This document shows, in pieces, positions 1 through 10,376 of a stretch of 64,000 nt of DNA. Source of the stretch: a candidate division WOR-3 bacterium (GTDB taxonomy: Bacteria > Hydrothermota > Hydrothermia > JBDRYB01). Where the stretch lies: positions 32,001-96,000 of the forward strand of contig JBDRYB010000006.1 in the NCBI GenBank assembly GCA_039803205.1, given 5' to 3'. Under the pieces are notes generated by a model. That model had not been told where the DNA came from. It saw nothing but the letters and a program-made list of their open reading frames with translations, and made no database searches. Made by a program: the position numbers and the translations under genes. Positions within the stretch are counted from its first letter, which is position 1. Each line of letters opens with the position of its first letter.

Positions 1-2
1 CT

Positions 3-548
3 GGCGCTTTCTCGGGCGCCAGGGTATTCTCTTGGAGGGGCTACACGATCCTCTTGGGTGCGGAACTGCTTTTCCAGTCAGCCGCAGGCCAATCCGCTTT
101 CGCTGGGGCCCTGAGCATCGGGATAGGCGGAAGCATTCCTCTTATGAGATCAGAGGTTCTCTGGGCTTTTCAGGCAAAGCATCTCGGATACGAGCTCATG
201 CCATTTGAATCCGTGAGATCGAGATTGCCAGCCGGAGCTGAGGCGGGAGCAAAGTGGATCTCTCCTGGGAAGAGCTGGGAGCTCTCAGCGGGCCTGGGTT
301 CCCAGATGGACCTGCCAGTGTATGGAACCCTCGGTGGGGTGTGGTGGGTTTACGGCTACCCTATTGGCGTCGCGGCCTCCTTCAACTCAAAGACGAGGAA
401 ACTCGCTGGTGAGGGCGATATTTTGACGGGATTGAGCGCCGGTGCCCTATTCAGGCTTGGCACCACGAGATTGGCATATTCCTGGACTCCCCAAGGGCTT
501 TTGGGAGATGCGCACAGGATCCAAATTGACCTGGGATGCCCCCGGTAA
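3..548 (+). CDS. Outer-membrane beta-barrel protein, PorV/PorQ-like C-terminus (5' partial)
   Basis: Frame open from position 3. Alternating amphipathic strands; C-terminus LAYSWTPQGLLGDAHRIQIDL resembles DYSFSDMGGLPDLHRIGLSV of the PorV/PorQ-type gene at 55518. Confidence 0.55.
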   Translation, partial: GAFSGARVFSWRGYTILLGAELLFQSAAGQSAFAGALSIGIGGSIPLMRSEVLWAFQAKHLGYELMPFESVRSRLPAGAEAGAKWISPGKSWELSAGLGSQMDLPVYGTLGGVWWVYGYPIGVAASFNSKTRKLAGEGDILTGLSAGALFRLGTTRLAYSWTPQGLLGDAHRIQIDLGCPR

Positions 549-985
549 GAATCATAGTCTCCAACCGCAGGGCCAGGAGGGACTACGAGATAATCGAGAC
601 AGTGGAGTGCGGTATCGTGCTTTTGGGCTCAGAGGTTAAATCCATAAAGGCAGGCATGGTCTCCATAGCCGAGGCCTATGCTGAACCCATAGGGGGAGAG
701 ATATGGCTCATGGACATGCATGTCGCGCAGTATCCCCACTCAGGGCCCTTCGTCCACGAACCCACGAGGCCGAGAAAATTGCTCCTCAGAAAGAACGAGA
801 TAAAACACCTCATAGGCAAGGTCTCCCGGAGAGGATATACCCTCATCCCCCTGAGCATATACATAAAGAGGGGTTTCATAAAGCTTGAGCTCGGTCTGGC
901 CAAGGGAAGAAAGAAGCACGAGAAAAGGGATGTCATAAAGAGAAGGGAGGCTGAGAGGGAAATACGGAAGGAGCTTAGGGGATAA
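536..985 (+). CDS. smpB: SsrA-binding protein SmpB
   Basis: NRRARRDYEI, GIVLLGSEVKSIK, RKLLLRKNEI, GYTLIPL, AKGRKKHEKR motifs. Confidence 0.97.
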   Translation: MPPVRIIVSNRRARRDYEIIETVECGIVLLGSEVKSIKAGMVSIAEAYAEPIGGEIWLMDMHVAQYPHSGPFVHEPTRPRKLLLRKNEIKHLIGKVSRRGYTLIPLSIYIKRGFIKLELGLAKGRKKHEKRDVIKRREAEREIRKELRG

Positions 986-2340
986 TGCCCGCGCTGTTCC
1001 TCGCCGCGACCACCTACATAAATGTGCCTTATCTCTCAACAGAGATAGGGGATTTCGTGCCGCCGGATAGCGCATTCTCCGCCTTCGGAATGACGAGAAC
1101 GGGCGGCGCTTGGCTCGCGACCCAGCTAAAAGAGGTGAAGATAAAGATAAATGAGGAGAGTATTCAGCTCAATGACAACCTTTACAAGGCTCCAATGTCC
1201 TTCTGGAAGGACGATGTCCTCTACATGCCAGCGGAGTTCGTCTCGTTCACGCTTTGCAAGGTCATAAGGGGATATGCTTACTGGGACAGGGAAAAGAAGA
1301 GGTTCTTCGTGAAGGATGATAAACCCACGATAGGGAATATCTCTATTGATGACAGGGGGGATTCGGTGTGTCTTACAGTGAGATACGCCGAAGGGGTTCA
1401 CCTCAAACCCCAGGCAGATCCAACTGCCCCCAGCGTCATAACCCTGAGCGTTCCCGGAGGGTTCTACTGGAAGGATTATCGGATTGAAGGGAAGGGGCCG
1501 GTCACCTCAATCCTGATCACTCACGCTGAGAGAGGAATGACCATACATGTATCCCTCGGTGAGGGGGCTTCGGGATACCAGTTGCACGACAGGACTGACC
1601 TCTTCGTTCTCTCGGTCTATAAGACCAGGAAGGTGAAGGAGCCGGAGCAGAAAAAAAGGAAGCTGGACCTCATAGTGGTAGACCCTGGGCACGGAGGAAA
1701 GGACCCAGGAGCAATAGGGTATGATAGCCTATGCGAGAAAGACATCACGCTTTCGGTTGCCCTCCTCCTAAAAAAGGAGCTCGAGCGAGAGCTGGGGGTT
1801 AGGGTCATCCTAACGAGGGAGGACGACAGGTTCGTGACCCTTGGGGACAGAGCGAGGATAGCCAACAGGGCAGGGGCTGATCTCTTCATAAGCCTGCACT
1901 GCAACTGGGGAAAGCGCAAGGAAGCCCGGGGAACAGAGACCTATTTCCTCGCGGCCGCTAGGACGGATTGGGAGCGCTCGGTTGCCGCATTTGAGAACAA
2001 AGCAATAGAGTATGAGGGGGAGCTTACTGACAAATCAGACATAGTGGGCTACATCCTCTCGGACATGATCCAGAACGAGTATCTGAAGGAATCGCAGGAC
2101 CTCGCGGCTTTCGTTCACGAGGGTATAGTGGAGGAAACTAAACTTGAGAACCGCGGCGTGAAACAGGCTGGTTTTTATGTCCTTCGGGGCTGTTATATGC
2201 CATCAATCCTCGTTGAGATGGCCTTCATATCAAATAAACAGGACGCGAAACTGCTTCAGGAAAAAGAGGTTCAGATGAAAATAGTGAAGGGCATAGTCGT
2301 GGGGGTCAAGGAGTTCAAAAAGCGCTATGAGAGCAAATGA
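985..2340 (+). CDS. N-acetylmuramoyl-L-alanine amidase (Amidase_3)
   Basis: VVDPGHGGKDPGA, EKDITL, LTREDD, FISLHCN, PSILVEMAFISN. Start overlaps the smpB stop (TAATG). Confidence 0.93.
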   Translation: MPALFLAATTYINVPYLSTEIGDFVPPDSAFSAFGMTRTGGAWLATQLKEVKIKINEESIQLNDNLYKAPMSFWKDDVLYMPAEFVSFTLCKVIRGYAYWDREKKRFFVKDDKPTIGNISIDDRGDSVCLTVRYAEGVHLKPQADPTAPSVITLSVPGGFYWKDYRIEGKGPVTSILITHAERGMTIHVSLGEGASGYQLHDRTDLFVLSVYKTRKVKEPEQKKRKLDLIVVDPGHGGKDPGAIGYDSLCEKDITLSVALLLKKELERELGVRVILTREDDRFVTLGDRARIANRAGADLFISLHCNWGKRKEARGTETYFLAAARTDWERSVAAFENKAIEYEGELTDKSDIVGYILSDMIQNEYLKESQDLAAFVHEGIVEETKLENRGVKQAGFYVLRGCYMPSILVEMAFISNKQDAKLLQEKEVQMKIVKGIVVGVKEFKKRYESK

Positions 2341-3118
2341 GAGCCCTATTGGTTTCTTTGACTCAGGCCTCGGCGGCTTGACCGTGGTTAGGGAGTTTCT
2401 CAAGATCGCGCCCTCAGAGGACATAATCTATCTCGGGGATACAGCGAGACTACCCTATGGCACAAAATCCGAGGAGGCCGTGAAGAGGTTTTCCCTTGAA
2501 AACCTTGATTTCCTTCTGGGCAAAAGGGTAAAGGTGATAGTGGTCGCGTGCTCAACCTCTGCCTCCGTGGCAATGGACGCGCTCAGGGAGAGAAGCCCCG
2601 TGCCGGTTATAGGGGTCGTGGAGGCAGGAGCGAGAGCACCCATATTCTCAGAGAGGAGCTTTGGCACGATAGGCGTCATAGGAACAACAGCTAGCATAAA
2701 AAAGGGAGAGTATCAGAGGCTAGTGAAGGAACGCCAACCAAACGCAGAGGTTCGGGCAAGGGCTTGTCCCCTCTTCGTTCCCCTCGTTGAGGAGGGCATG
2801 GTAATGGGCCCCATCCCAAAGGCAATAGTTGAGTATTACCTTTCTGACATGCGCGATGTGGAGGTTCTCATCCTTGGATGCACCCATTATCCCCTTCTAA
2901 AACCCCTCCTTTCGGACTTCTTGGGAGCGGGAACGGTTCTGGTTGACCCATCGGAGGAGGCGGCCCGAGCCCTGAAGGAATACCTTGATGAGAATGATAT
3001 GGCAAAGAAAGAAGGGCAGGGAAGGGTGAGGGTTTTCCTCACCGACTTTCCCCCTGGATACGAGACCCTCGTGTCCAGGTTCCTGGGGCCAGTGCCCCTG
3101 AACATAGAAAAGGTGTGA
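2327..3118 (+). CDS. murI: Glutamate racemase
   Basis: IGFFDSGLGGLTV, YLGDTARLPYGTKS, catalytic cysteines in VACST and LGCTHYP. Confidence 0.96.
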   Translation: MRANESPIGFFDSGLGGLTVVREFLKIAPSEDIIYLGDTARLPYGTKSEEAVKRFSLENLDFLLGKRVKVIVVACSTSASVAMDALRERSPVPVIGVVEAGARAPIFSERSFGTIGVIGTTASIKKGEYQRLVKERQPNAEVRARACPLFVPLVEEGMVMGPIPKAIVEYYLSDMRDVEVLILGCTHYPLLKPLLSDFLGAGTVLVDPSEEAARALKEYLDENDMAKKEGQGRVRVFLTDFPPGYETLVSRFLGPVPLNIEKV

Positions 3119-3119
3119 T

Positions 3120-4682
3120 ATGAACATAATGGAATTTGAGGATCCGGAACCCCAGTTTGATATACCTGAGAGGCTTATGTCCGTTCTCGCTGAGAAAGGG
3201 GCGGACAGCGATGTTCTCCTAGACCTGACCCTGAACCCATCATTTGAGAATCTTCTGGAGCCGGACAACCTTCCGAACATGTCCAGCCTCGTAAAGAGCA
3301 TCCTCCGGAGCGCTGGCAGGCAAGAGAAGATCCTGGTATGGGGCCACGAGGACGCAGATGGGATAACATCCGTCGCTGTGATGCTCAGGACCCTGAGGCA
3401 CATAAATGCCTCTGCGGGATACTACATCCCCTCAAAGGCCTCAGAGGGGCACGGCCTAACCTCGGAGGGTATAGATTGGGCAAGAGGGCAGGGTTATGGC
3501 CTCATCCTGACGGTTGATACCGGATCAGGGGACCTTGAGATGGTTGAATACGCGAGGAGCATGGGCATGGACATACTAATAACCGACCATCACGAGCTCA
3601 CATCATCCACATCCGGCATAACCGTCGTCAATCCGAAGATGGGCGGAAGCTTCAAGCACCTCGCTGGGGTAGGGGTAGCCCTGAAGTGCGCCTGGGCCAT
3701 ACTCTCGCTCCGAAACAGCTATACCCTTTCCGATATAGAGAGGGAGTTTCCCGAGCTCATTATCTATGCGATGATAGGAACCCTAGCGGATAAGGTCCCT
3801 CTCTTCGCTGAGAACAAGGCCATAGCTGACAGGGGCAGAGAGCTGATGTCCAGGCTATCGTTTCCCTTCATAAGGGCATACGAGCGGATAAGGGGGGTAA
3901 GGCCGACCCCTGAGGCCATAATAACGGCCATATCAGCTGGCAAATCCTCCGGAGGGAAGCACCCTGGGGTTGAGCTTTTGGTGACAACCGACGAGGCAAC
4001 GGCCGAGGACATCCTGGCTGAGCTCCTTGGAGAGGCTGACAAGTGGTTTGCCAGGGCCGAGAGGATATACTCAGAGTTCATCCAGAAGATAAAGAGGGTC
4101 AGGGGCTACATCCTACTTGACGCTGGGGATACGGAGCCTGGCTACCTCTCTTATATCTCCAGCAAGCTCAAGAACAAGTATGATGTTCCGGCTATAGTGA
4201 TGGGCAGGAAGGCGGACGGCCGGGTGGTCGCTGAGATAAGGGCTCCCTGGGGTTACGACATGATGGACCTCCTATCCAACATATCCCATCTCCTATCCGA
4301 TTACGGCGGCCACAAGCTAGCCGCTGGGTTCACCATGGAGGAGGAGTATCTCTCATCCTTGGCTGAGGAGCTGGAATACTACTTCACCTCTGGCAAGGGG
4401 GTTTTTGACGAATCCCGCGGCGCTGATATGGTGCTTGAGGCCTCTGATTCTGAGACAGTGGACCTCCTTGATAGCGCTGAGCAGCTCGGAAAGCTGGGGG
4501 TTGAGATAAGGTTCCTCATAAAGGGAACCGCGGGGGATGTCTCTTCCCTCCTCGGCCGATACAACACATATGACCCCGAGGCACTGCTTTCCATCCACGG
4601 AAAGGATGTTAGGGTAAAAGCCCTCGTGGTCTCAGGGCCGGACGGATACACGGTGGAGAACCTTTGGCCTGAAGGGAAATAA
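3120..4682 (+). CDS. RecJ-like DHH/DHHA1 phosphoesterase (divergent paralog)
   Basis: GHEDADG, TVDTG, ITDHH, GTLADKVPL, YGGHKLAAGF. Confidence 0.85.
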   Translation: MNIMEFEDPEPQFDIPERLMSVLAEKGADSDVLLDLTLNPSFENLLEPDNLPNMSSLVKSILRSAGRQEKILVWGHEDADGITSVAVMLRTLRHINASAGYYIPSKASEGHGLTSEGIDWARGQGYGLILTVDTGSGDLEMVEYARSMGMDILITDHHELTSSTSGITVVNPKMGGSFKHLAGVGVALKCAWAILSLRNSYTLSDIEREFPELIIYAMIGTLADKVPLFAENKAIADRGRELMSRLSFPFIRAYERIRGVRPTPEAIITAISAGKSSGGKHPGVELLVTTDEATAEDILAELLGEADKWFARAERIYSEFIQKIKRVRGYILLDAGDTEPGYLSYISSKLKNKYDVPAIVMGRKADGRVVAEIRAPWGYDMMDLLSNISHLLSDYGGHKLAAGFTMEEEYLSSLAEELEYYFTSGKGVFDESRGADMVLEASDSETVDLLDSAEQLGKLGVEIRFLIKGTAGDVSSLLGRYNTYDPEALLSIHGKDVRVKALVVSGPDGYTVENLWPEGK

Positions 4683-4685
4683 CGC

Positions 4686-6188
4686 TCACCTTAGCCTGTA
4701 TATAGCGACTTCCCTCACATCCAGATAGCCACCGGGGATGCTTTTTACCAGCACAAACGCCCCCGTATCCGAGAGCAGATCTGCCTCAAAAACATCCATG
4801 GATTTAGCGAAGTTCTGGTTCGCGTTCGGGTTAGCGCGCTCGCGTTCTTCTATGGGCAAGGCTGGGTAATCGTGTTTCTCAACAATAAGGTATTCCGCGC
4901 CGCGGCTCCTCATCAATTCGGCAAGGGTTATCCTGCCTGAGACATACTCAGGAGAGGCCGGAAACCCATAGCGTTCCCCGAGGGGCCAGAAGAAACGCGT
5001 GCTCGTTCCGAGGGCCTTCGCGTCCTTCGGGATCGCTTTTGCTACTTCACGATAAACCCTGGCCTGAGCCGAGGCCTGGCCGCAAGCGAGCCGGATCTCC
5101 CTCTGAGCGTAATACATCTCTGGAACAAGGAGAGCGGCCAACAAAACCCACCTGAGCCTGGGTCCAAGTTGGGCCATGAGCGCGCCAAACCCTATGGCCA
5201 GAAACGGCAGAAACATAACAAAATAGGAGTATCTGAACCTCGGGAACCAGAATGCCGAAGCCAGGATCAAGAGAAGGAAGAAGACCCCGAGCCTCCTCAT
5301 CCGACCCAAAAGCAAGCCCCCAAGCCCCATCGCGGCAACGACCGGGGTCCAAAAGCCATACATGGGGATCACCTGAGAAGGGATTTCAGTGGCAATTCTC
5401 TTGAGCCACTTAACCGGAACCACCAGAGGGTTTTTGAACAAGAGGCCTGGGATAAACTGCATGCCGTAGTGAGCGTGAACATCTGAGAATGGGCTCTGGC
5501 CGAGAAAGGGAAGGATGTTGGTGAAGAAAATAAGAGCTGATCCCGCGACAAAACCAAGAGCGGCCCACAGGAAAAGCCTTGGCCTCCACGCGAACAACGG
5601 TAAAACCAAGGCCGCTAGCCCAGCGGCAGGGCCCAGCGGATAGACGAGAAAAAGAGCGATGCCGAGAAACCCACCCAAAAAAGACCTCCAGGCCCTCTGC
5701 GGTTCAGACAAGCAGAGGGTGGCTATCCCGACAAAACCGAGAGAAACCAGGACCTCTGGCCTGCCATAGTGGGACAGGCCCGCAAAAGGGGCCGAAAGCA
5801 TGAGCGCGCAACCAGAAAGAAGCCCCACCTTTCTGTCAACGAGGGAGCTGGCGAGCCAGAAGCCTGTGAAGACAACGAGAACGCTGGCTATGAGGCTGGG
5901 GAGCCTGAGAGCAATGAGATTCGTGCCAATGAGCTTGATGAAACCAGCTAGAATGCCCGCATAAACCCAAAACGATGTGATGCCCATACCTCTTGATTCC
6001 AGTGAAGAACCTGCCAGAAGCGCGCTCTTACAAAGCCCGTATCGCAAAAGCCCTGTAGCCAAAGAAGCAAACCAGGCCTCATCCCCATCAAGGTCTGGTA
6101 GGGGCCAGAAGCCAATCGTGAGCATCTGGAAGACAAACCAAGCGCAAAGAAGGACCAAAAAAACCTGAAAGTATCTGTCCTTGAACAC
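4686..6188 (-). CDS. GT-C superfamily (ArnT/PMT-like) membrane glycosyltransferase
   Basis: DEAWF after TM1, ALRLPSL, RPE motif, many TM segments. GTG start 6 nt after TAAAAT. Confidence 0.75.
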   Translation of the reverse strand: MFKDRYFQVFLVLLCAWFVFQMLTIGFWPLPDLDGDEAWFASLATGLLRYGLCKSALLAGSSLESRGMGITSFWVYAGILAGFIKLIGTNLIALRLPSLIASVLVVFTGFWLASSLVDRKVGLLSGCALMLSAPFAGLSHYGRPEVLVSLGFVGIATLCLSEPQRAWRSFLGGFLGIALFLVYPLGPAAGLAALVLPLFAWRPRLFLWAALGFVAGSALIFFTNILPFLGQSPFSDVHAHYGMQFIPGLLFKNPLVVPVKWLKRIATEIPSQVIPMYGFWTPVVAAMGLGGLLLGRMRRLGVFFLLLILASAFWFPRFRYSYFVMFLPFLAIGFGALMAQLGPRLRWVLLAALLVPEMYYAQREIRLACGQASAQARVYREVAKAIPKDAKALGTSTRFFWPLGERYGFPASPEYVSGRITLAELMRSRGAEYLIVEKHDYPALPIEERERANPNANQNFAKSMDVFEADLLSDTGAFVLVKSIPGGYLDVREVAIYRLR

Positions 6189-6261
6189 TACGATATTTTA
6201 ACGAAAATCCTGGGGCACAGGCAATTGTGGATGGACATCCTTGGCCGGTATACTCTTAGTC

Positions 6262-7770
6262 TTGTCCAAGAAGGAGATTCTGTATCTTCTGCTTGTCCTC
6301 TCAGCGGGTGCAACGATGGGCATATTCGGCCTCATCTTTTTTCCTAAGATACCTGTTAACTCCGATGCCATAAGCTACTTCACGGCCGCGAGAAATCTCC
6401 TTGGGGGCAAGGGCCTGGTTATATCGCTTAGCACCCCAACAATGGCTTACTTCATGGGGGTTCCCCACCCTGATTATCATATGCCGGGCTGGCCGCTTTT
6501 ACTCGCTGGTTTCATGTGGCTCACAAAAACAGGGCCATGCACGCCTATCATACTGAACATCGCCCTCGCGCTCGGCTCCTCAGCTCTCGCGTATTTCACG
6601 CTTCTTCTTTGGTCAGACAGCGAAAAGGCCTTCTGGGGCGCTCTTCTATTCATGCTATTCCCTAGCATAATGGTTTATCAGTTCACCGGGATGGCTGAGA
6701 TGCCCCTCCTCTTTTGGCTGATGCTTTCGGTTTTCACAGCCTCCCTGCCTCGGGCCGGCCGAACTATTGCCCTGCTCATTGGTATAGGGATAATTCTCAT
6801 ATTTGCATATGCCACGAGGGAAACAGCCCTGTTTTTCCTGCCGCTCATCCTTTCTCTCTTACGGGAAAGGGGGGCCAGGTGGTCAACCTTGACCATTCTC
6901 ACGCTCATTATCCTAGCGGCCTCCCTGATCCTCTCGTATCTTTATTATTCGCTGTGGCCAGGATTCTCTGAAACAAGCTATGTCTTCAACCAACATGGCA
7001 TTCTATTCAAAACCGGAACAATCACCCCAGAACACAACCCCATGTGGAATGTGGTGAGACCAGAGGACTTTCCGAAGCTATCCCTGCCAGAGCTCTTCTG
7101 GCTCCTTCTCAAGAAACCCCTCAGGCTACTTTTGATCCTGCCGAGGAACAAGTCATGGGAAACGATCGCGGCAGATGTTTGGACGCTCGGAGCAATAATC
7201 CTGGCCCCAATCATTGTCAAGGGATGGAAGATGAGGCTCGGTTTGGGCTTTCTGGTTCTCATCGTTCCCGCCATGTTCACCCTTTATTACCCTAAGACCG
7301 ATTACCTGATGAGGATAGGCCTCGTTTTCGGTTCTGTGGCCGTGGTTTTCATAGCGGCGCGGCTCAGGCTCACCCGGATAAGCAGGTTTCTGATTTGCAT
7401 GGCCCTCGCGTGCGAGCTTACAATTGGGGCCTTATGCTCCTGGAACCTTCAGAAGACCTCCAGGGAGGGGCTTAGGAAGATGCAGGAGATCTATCCTGTT
7501 CTAAAGGAGAACCTTCCGCCTGATGCGCGTATAGTCGGAATCAGGGGGTTCAGCCTTGAGCTCCTTCCTGTGTATGAGCCGGATATCTATACGGTTCTTT
7601 ATCCGGACAGGGCCGAGCATGCCCGGATGCTGAGCGAGCGCATAGGCACGGATGCCCTCGTGTTCGCTTCCGGCCAAAAGCCTTATCCTGGGCTTGAGGA
7701 TGAGGGGTGGTATACTAAAGCGCTGACAGCAGGAGGGGATAGCCTGTTCATTTGCACGAAGCGGAAATGA
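6262..7770 (+). CDS. GT-C superfamily (ArnT/PMT-like) membrane glycosyltransferase
   Basis: SDAISYFTAARNLLGGKG, PGWPLLLA, MAEMP, TRE motifs; polytopic. Start revised to TTG 6262, 7 nt after TATACT (ORF track gives 6241). Confidence 0.72.
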   Translation: MSKKEILYLLLVLSAGATMGIFGLIFFPKIPVNSDAISYFTAARNLLGGKGLVISLSTPTMAYFMGVPHPDYHMPGWPLLLAGFMWLTKTGPCTPIILNIALALGSSALAYFTLLLWSDSEKAFWGALLFMLFPSIMVYQFTGMAEMPLLFWLMLSVFTASLPRAGRTIALLIGIGIILIFAYATRETALFFLPLILSLLRERGARWSTLTILTLIILAASLILSYLYYSLWPGFSETSYVFNQHGILFKTGTITPEHNPMWNVVRPEDFPKLSLPELFWLLLKKPLRLLLILPRNKSWETIAADVWTLGAIILAPIIVKGWKMRLGLGFLVLIVPAMFTLYYPKTDYLMRIGLVFGSVAVVFIAARLRLTRISRFLICMALACELTIGALCSWNLQKTSREGLRKMQEIYPVLKENLPPDARIVGIRGFSLELLPVYEPDIYTVLYPDRAEHARMLSERIGTDALVFASGQKPYPGLEDEGWYTKALTAGGDSLFICTKRK

Positions 7771-9596
7771 ACCTGGCTCTTTTCCTCTCCTCCCTCCCTT
7801 ATACTTTCCTTGCCCTCGCCCTCTATCCCCTCGCCCACATCCCCATAGGCGCGCCCTTGTTCCTGGCTGGGAAAGAAAAAACGGAAACCAAACCATGGGT
7901 TTTGGCCGCCTCTCTCGCTCTGGGCCAGATAATAGTTTCCGCAACAACATACCTCCTTTACATATGCGGTCTGAGGTTCCCAACTCTGGGGTTTGTGGTT
8001 TCCGGGGTCCTCATACCGCTCTGGGTATGGGGAGCGTTTCTGTTGATTAAGAAACCTCCGGATCTCAGCGACTCCAAGCGGCTTTTGTGGGGACTCGTTT
8101 TCACGGGGGCCCTGCTTCTTCCGCTCAGCATACTAGGGATTGTCTGGGATGATCCCTATCACTTCTCAAAGGTAGCGAGCATCCTGAACGGGGATCACCC
8201 CTATTTCGTTCCAGGGGGAACCAAGGGTTTTCTCGGAGCATATCACTTTGGGGTTGATTTCCTGGCATCTTTCTGGGCCTGGGCCGCGCTGGCCTGGAGG
8301 CCGTGGATCGTTTTGAATGTTATTTGCTTCTGGAGCTCGCTCTCGGCTTACATCCTCCTTAACAAATTTGCCAGAGGGTTTATTGATGAGCCATGGGCCA
8401 GCATTCTCCCGTTTCTCGCCTTCTGGCTCGGGTCTTGGTATTCGCCGTATGGGCTTTGGGACATGTTGGCTCACGGGCGCATTTGGGATGCCCTTGAACT
8501 AAATCACCACAACACCTGCTTCTTCGGCTACTTCTCCCAGCCCCCCATGGCCTTCGGTATGCCCCTAACGCTAGCTGTTCTATGTCTTGCCGAGGAAAGG
8601 CGATTCTGGCGCGCGGGACTCATGGCCGGCCCTTTGCTCTTAGCAAACCAAGCCCTCTTTGTTTTCTGGGCGGGATACACGGCTCTAACTGGCCTTTTAA
8701 GGGAAAAGAATTACTTCAAGGTCCTGAGTATCGGCATTGCTCTTGCGGTTCCATTCATTCCCCAGCTTACCGCGAGGGAGTTCTCAAATCCATCTGAGTT
8801 TGCTTTTGGCCTGCCAATACTCTGGTTAATGAGGGTTTGGGAGCCTTATCCTGCCACATTCCCAATAGCATACATCCTGTTCTTCTTCCCGACCCTGCCG
8901 CTTTATATCCACGGGGTCTGGGTTTCTTTGAGGAGCAAACAAACAAGGCCCCTTTTCCTACCTCTGGTTCTCATAACAGGACTGGCATTTGTCGCACCCC
9001 ATTTCATCAGATATGTCTACACCGAGGACTTCTTCAAATTCTTCATGCTCTGGGGAGTTTTCGGGCTTCCGCTCGCTCTAATTAGCATAAGAGGCCTTTG
9101 GGGGAAATCCAAAGTCTGGCGCTGGGCCATCGCTCTCTTTCTGGCTCCAGGCCTTTTGGCCTATGCGCTCGGAATGACATACCACTCCCTGAGAACGAGA
9201 CAACTGATCGGTTGGGAGAGGGTGAGGCCAGATATGATGAGGGTCAGCAAGGCCCTGAAGGGGAAGGGTGGGGTTCTGGTGATCGTTCAACCGGGCGTCT
9301 TTGCTTCATTCGGAATAAGAGGGTATGGCTACGAAGAGAGGAAGGCTCATCACCTGAGGAGGATACTGGCAGGCGCGGGAATTTCTCATTATCCTGGCGA
9401 GATATACGGTAAGGCTGTTCATGACTATGAGCCCCTTGAGAGGGAATGGGCCTCCCTCGAGGAGATACCGGATTCCCTTCTGAGCGCCCTGAATGTCCGC
9501 TTCGTGGCCCTGCCGCCCGATTTGCCCAAACCGAAAATAACCGGAGAGGCGGTCCTGAAAACAGAGAGGATAGCGGTTTATCCCCTTCAACGATAG
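7767..9596 (+). CDS. Polytopic membrane protein, probable GT-C-like glycosyltransferase
   Basis: Many TM segments; WDDPYH and YHFGVD periplasmic-loop motifs. ATG overlaps the upstream TGA (ATGA). Confidence 0.55.
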   Translation: MNLALFLSSLPYTFLALALYPLAHIPIGAPLFLAGKEKTETKPWVLAASLALGQIIVSATTYLLYICGLRFPTLGFVVSGVLIPLWVWGAFLLIKKPPDLSDSKRLLWGLVFTGALLLPLSILGIVWDDPYHFSKVASILNGDHPYFVPGGTKGFLGAYHFGVDFLASFWAWAALAWRPWIVLNVICFWSSLSAYILLNKFARGFIDEPWASILPFLAFWLGSWYSPYGLWDMLAHGRIWDALELNHHNTCFFGYFSQPPMAFGMPLTLAVLCLAEERRFWRAGLMAGPLLLANQALFVFWAGYTALTGLLREKNYFKVLSIGIALAVPFIPQLTAREFSNPSEFAFGLPILWLMRVWEPYPATFPIAYILFFFPTLPLYIHGVWVSLRSKQTRPLFLPLVLITGLAFVAPHFIRYVYTEDFFKFFMLWGVFGLPLALISIRGLWGKSKVWRWAIALFLAPGLLAYALGMTYHSLRTRQLIGWERVRPDMMRVSKALKGKGGVLVIVQPGVFASFGIRGYGYEERKAHHLRRILAGAGISHYPGEIYGKAVHDYEPLEREWASLEEIPDSLLSALNVRFVALPPDLPKPKITGEAVLKTERIAVYPLQR

Positions 9597-9639
9597 ACAG
9601 CCAGTGCGGGGACCCTGAAATAGGCGTTATAATTTGCCT

Positions 9640-9834
9640 ATGAACCAGGTAGCCTTAACCGTAATCATTATAGCGGTTCCTCTCATCACGGCGAGCGCGG
9701 CCATAACCGGAACAATAGTCGGCGCTCTCTTGGTGGGCATATTTGCTTACCTCATGCAAAAGCGAGCGCTTGACTTCGGATTTGGCCTAAAATCAACCCA
9801 CTCAGCCAACGAGGCTGAGGGGAAGCGGGAATAG
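9640..9834 (+). CDS. Small membrane protein
   Basis: Long hydrophobic stretch; ATG 6 nt after TATAAT (9628-9633); fills the intergenic gap. Confidence 0.55.
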   Translation: MNQVALTVIIIAVPLITASAAITGTIVGALLVGIFAYLMQKRALDFGFGLKSTHSANEAEGKRE

Positions 9835-9835
9835 A

Positions 9836-10354
9836 CTACTCCCAGCTCGCGCTGAATTCAACCCTTCCTTCCCTTTGCAGGAATTCAACCCTCGGGTTCC
9901 TCGCACCTGCCAGCTCAAGGGATTTCTCAACCCAGCCCGCTACTGTGTGGAGGTATAGCTCAGGTATGGTCTCCTCATGTTCAATCCTGAAGTCAACCCC
10001 CCGGTCGCGGTGCTCATCCACTATTATCTTGCCCCAGTTGTGATAAAAACCCCAGAAAGCGCCGGCCCTCTTTATTATGAACCTTGGACTCGCGAAGATA
10101 AAGAAGAGCCTGTATGGGCCGTGGGCCGCGTGAACAGCCTTGAAGCGGCCTATTTCCCTGGAGACAAGTCCCCTCTCCCTCTTGGAAAGCCTTTCTATCT
10201 CCTCCAAGATCTGGAAATACGCGGACATGGGATACCAACTGCCCGGCTTTATGTCCTCCGGCAGAATAGCGATGAGGCGCTCTGCCGTTGCTCTGTCGCA
10301 ATTCTCACGGAGGTAATCCCTGAGATTCCTCAGAGCATATCCCTTTATCTCCAT
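9836..10354 (-). CDS. H-NOX/V4R-like (DUF2378-like) standalone ligand-binding protein
   Basis: N-terminal IKG, WYP, G-W-x-x-x-L-E-L-A-G and terminal W pattern. GAGGAGGT RBS and its own promoter. Confidence 0.55.
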   Translation of the reverse strand: MEIKGYALRNLRDYLRENCDRATAERLIAILPEDIKPGSWYPMSAYFQILEEIERLSKRERGLVSREIGRFKAVHAAHGPYRLFFIFASPRFIIKRAGAFWGFYHNWGKIIVDEHRDRGVDFRIEHEETIPELYLHTVAGWVEKSLELAGARNPRVEFLQREGRVEFSASWE

Positions 10355-10376
10355 TTCTTACCTCCTCATGTATATT

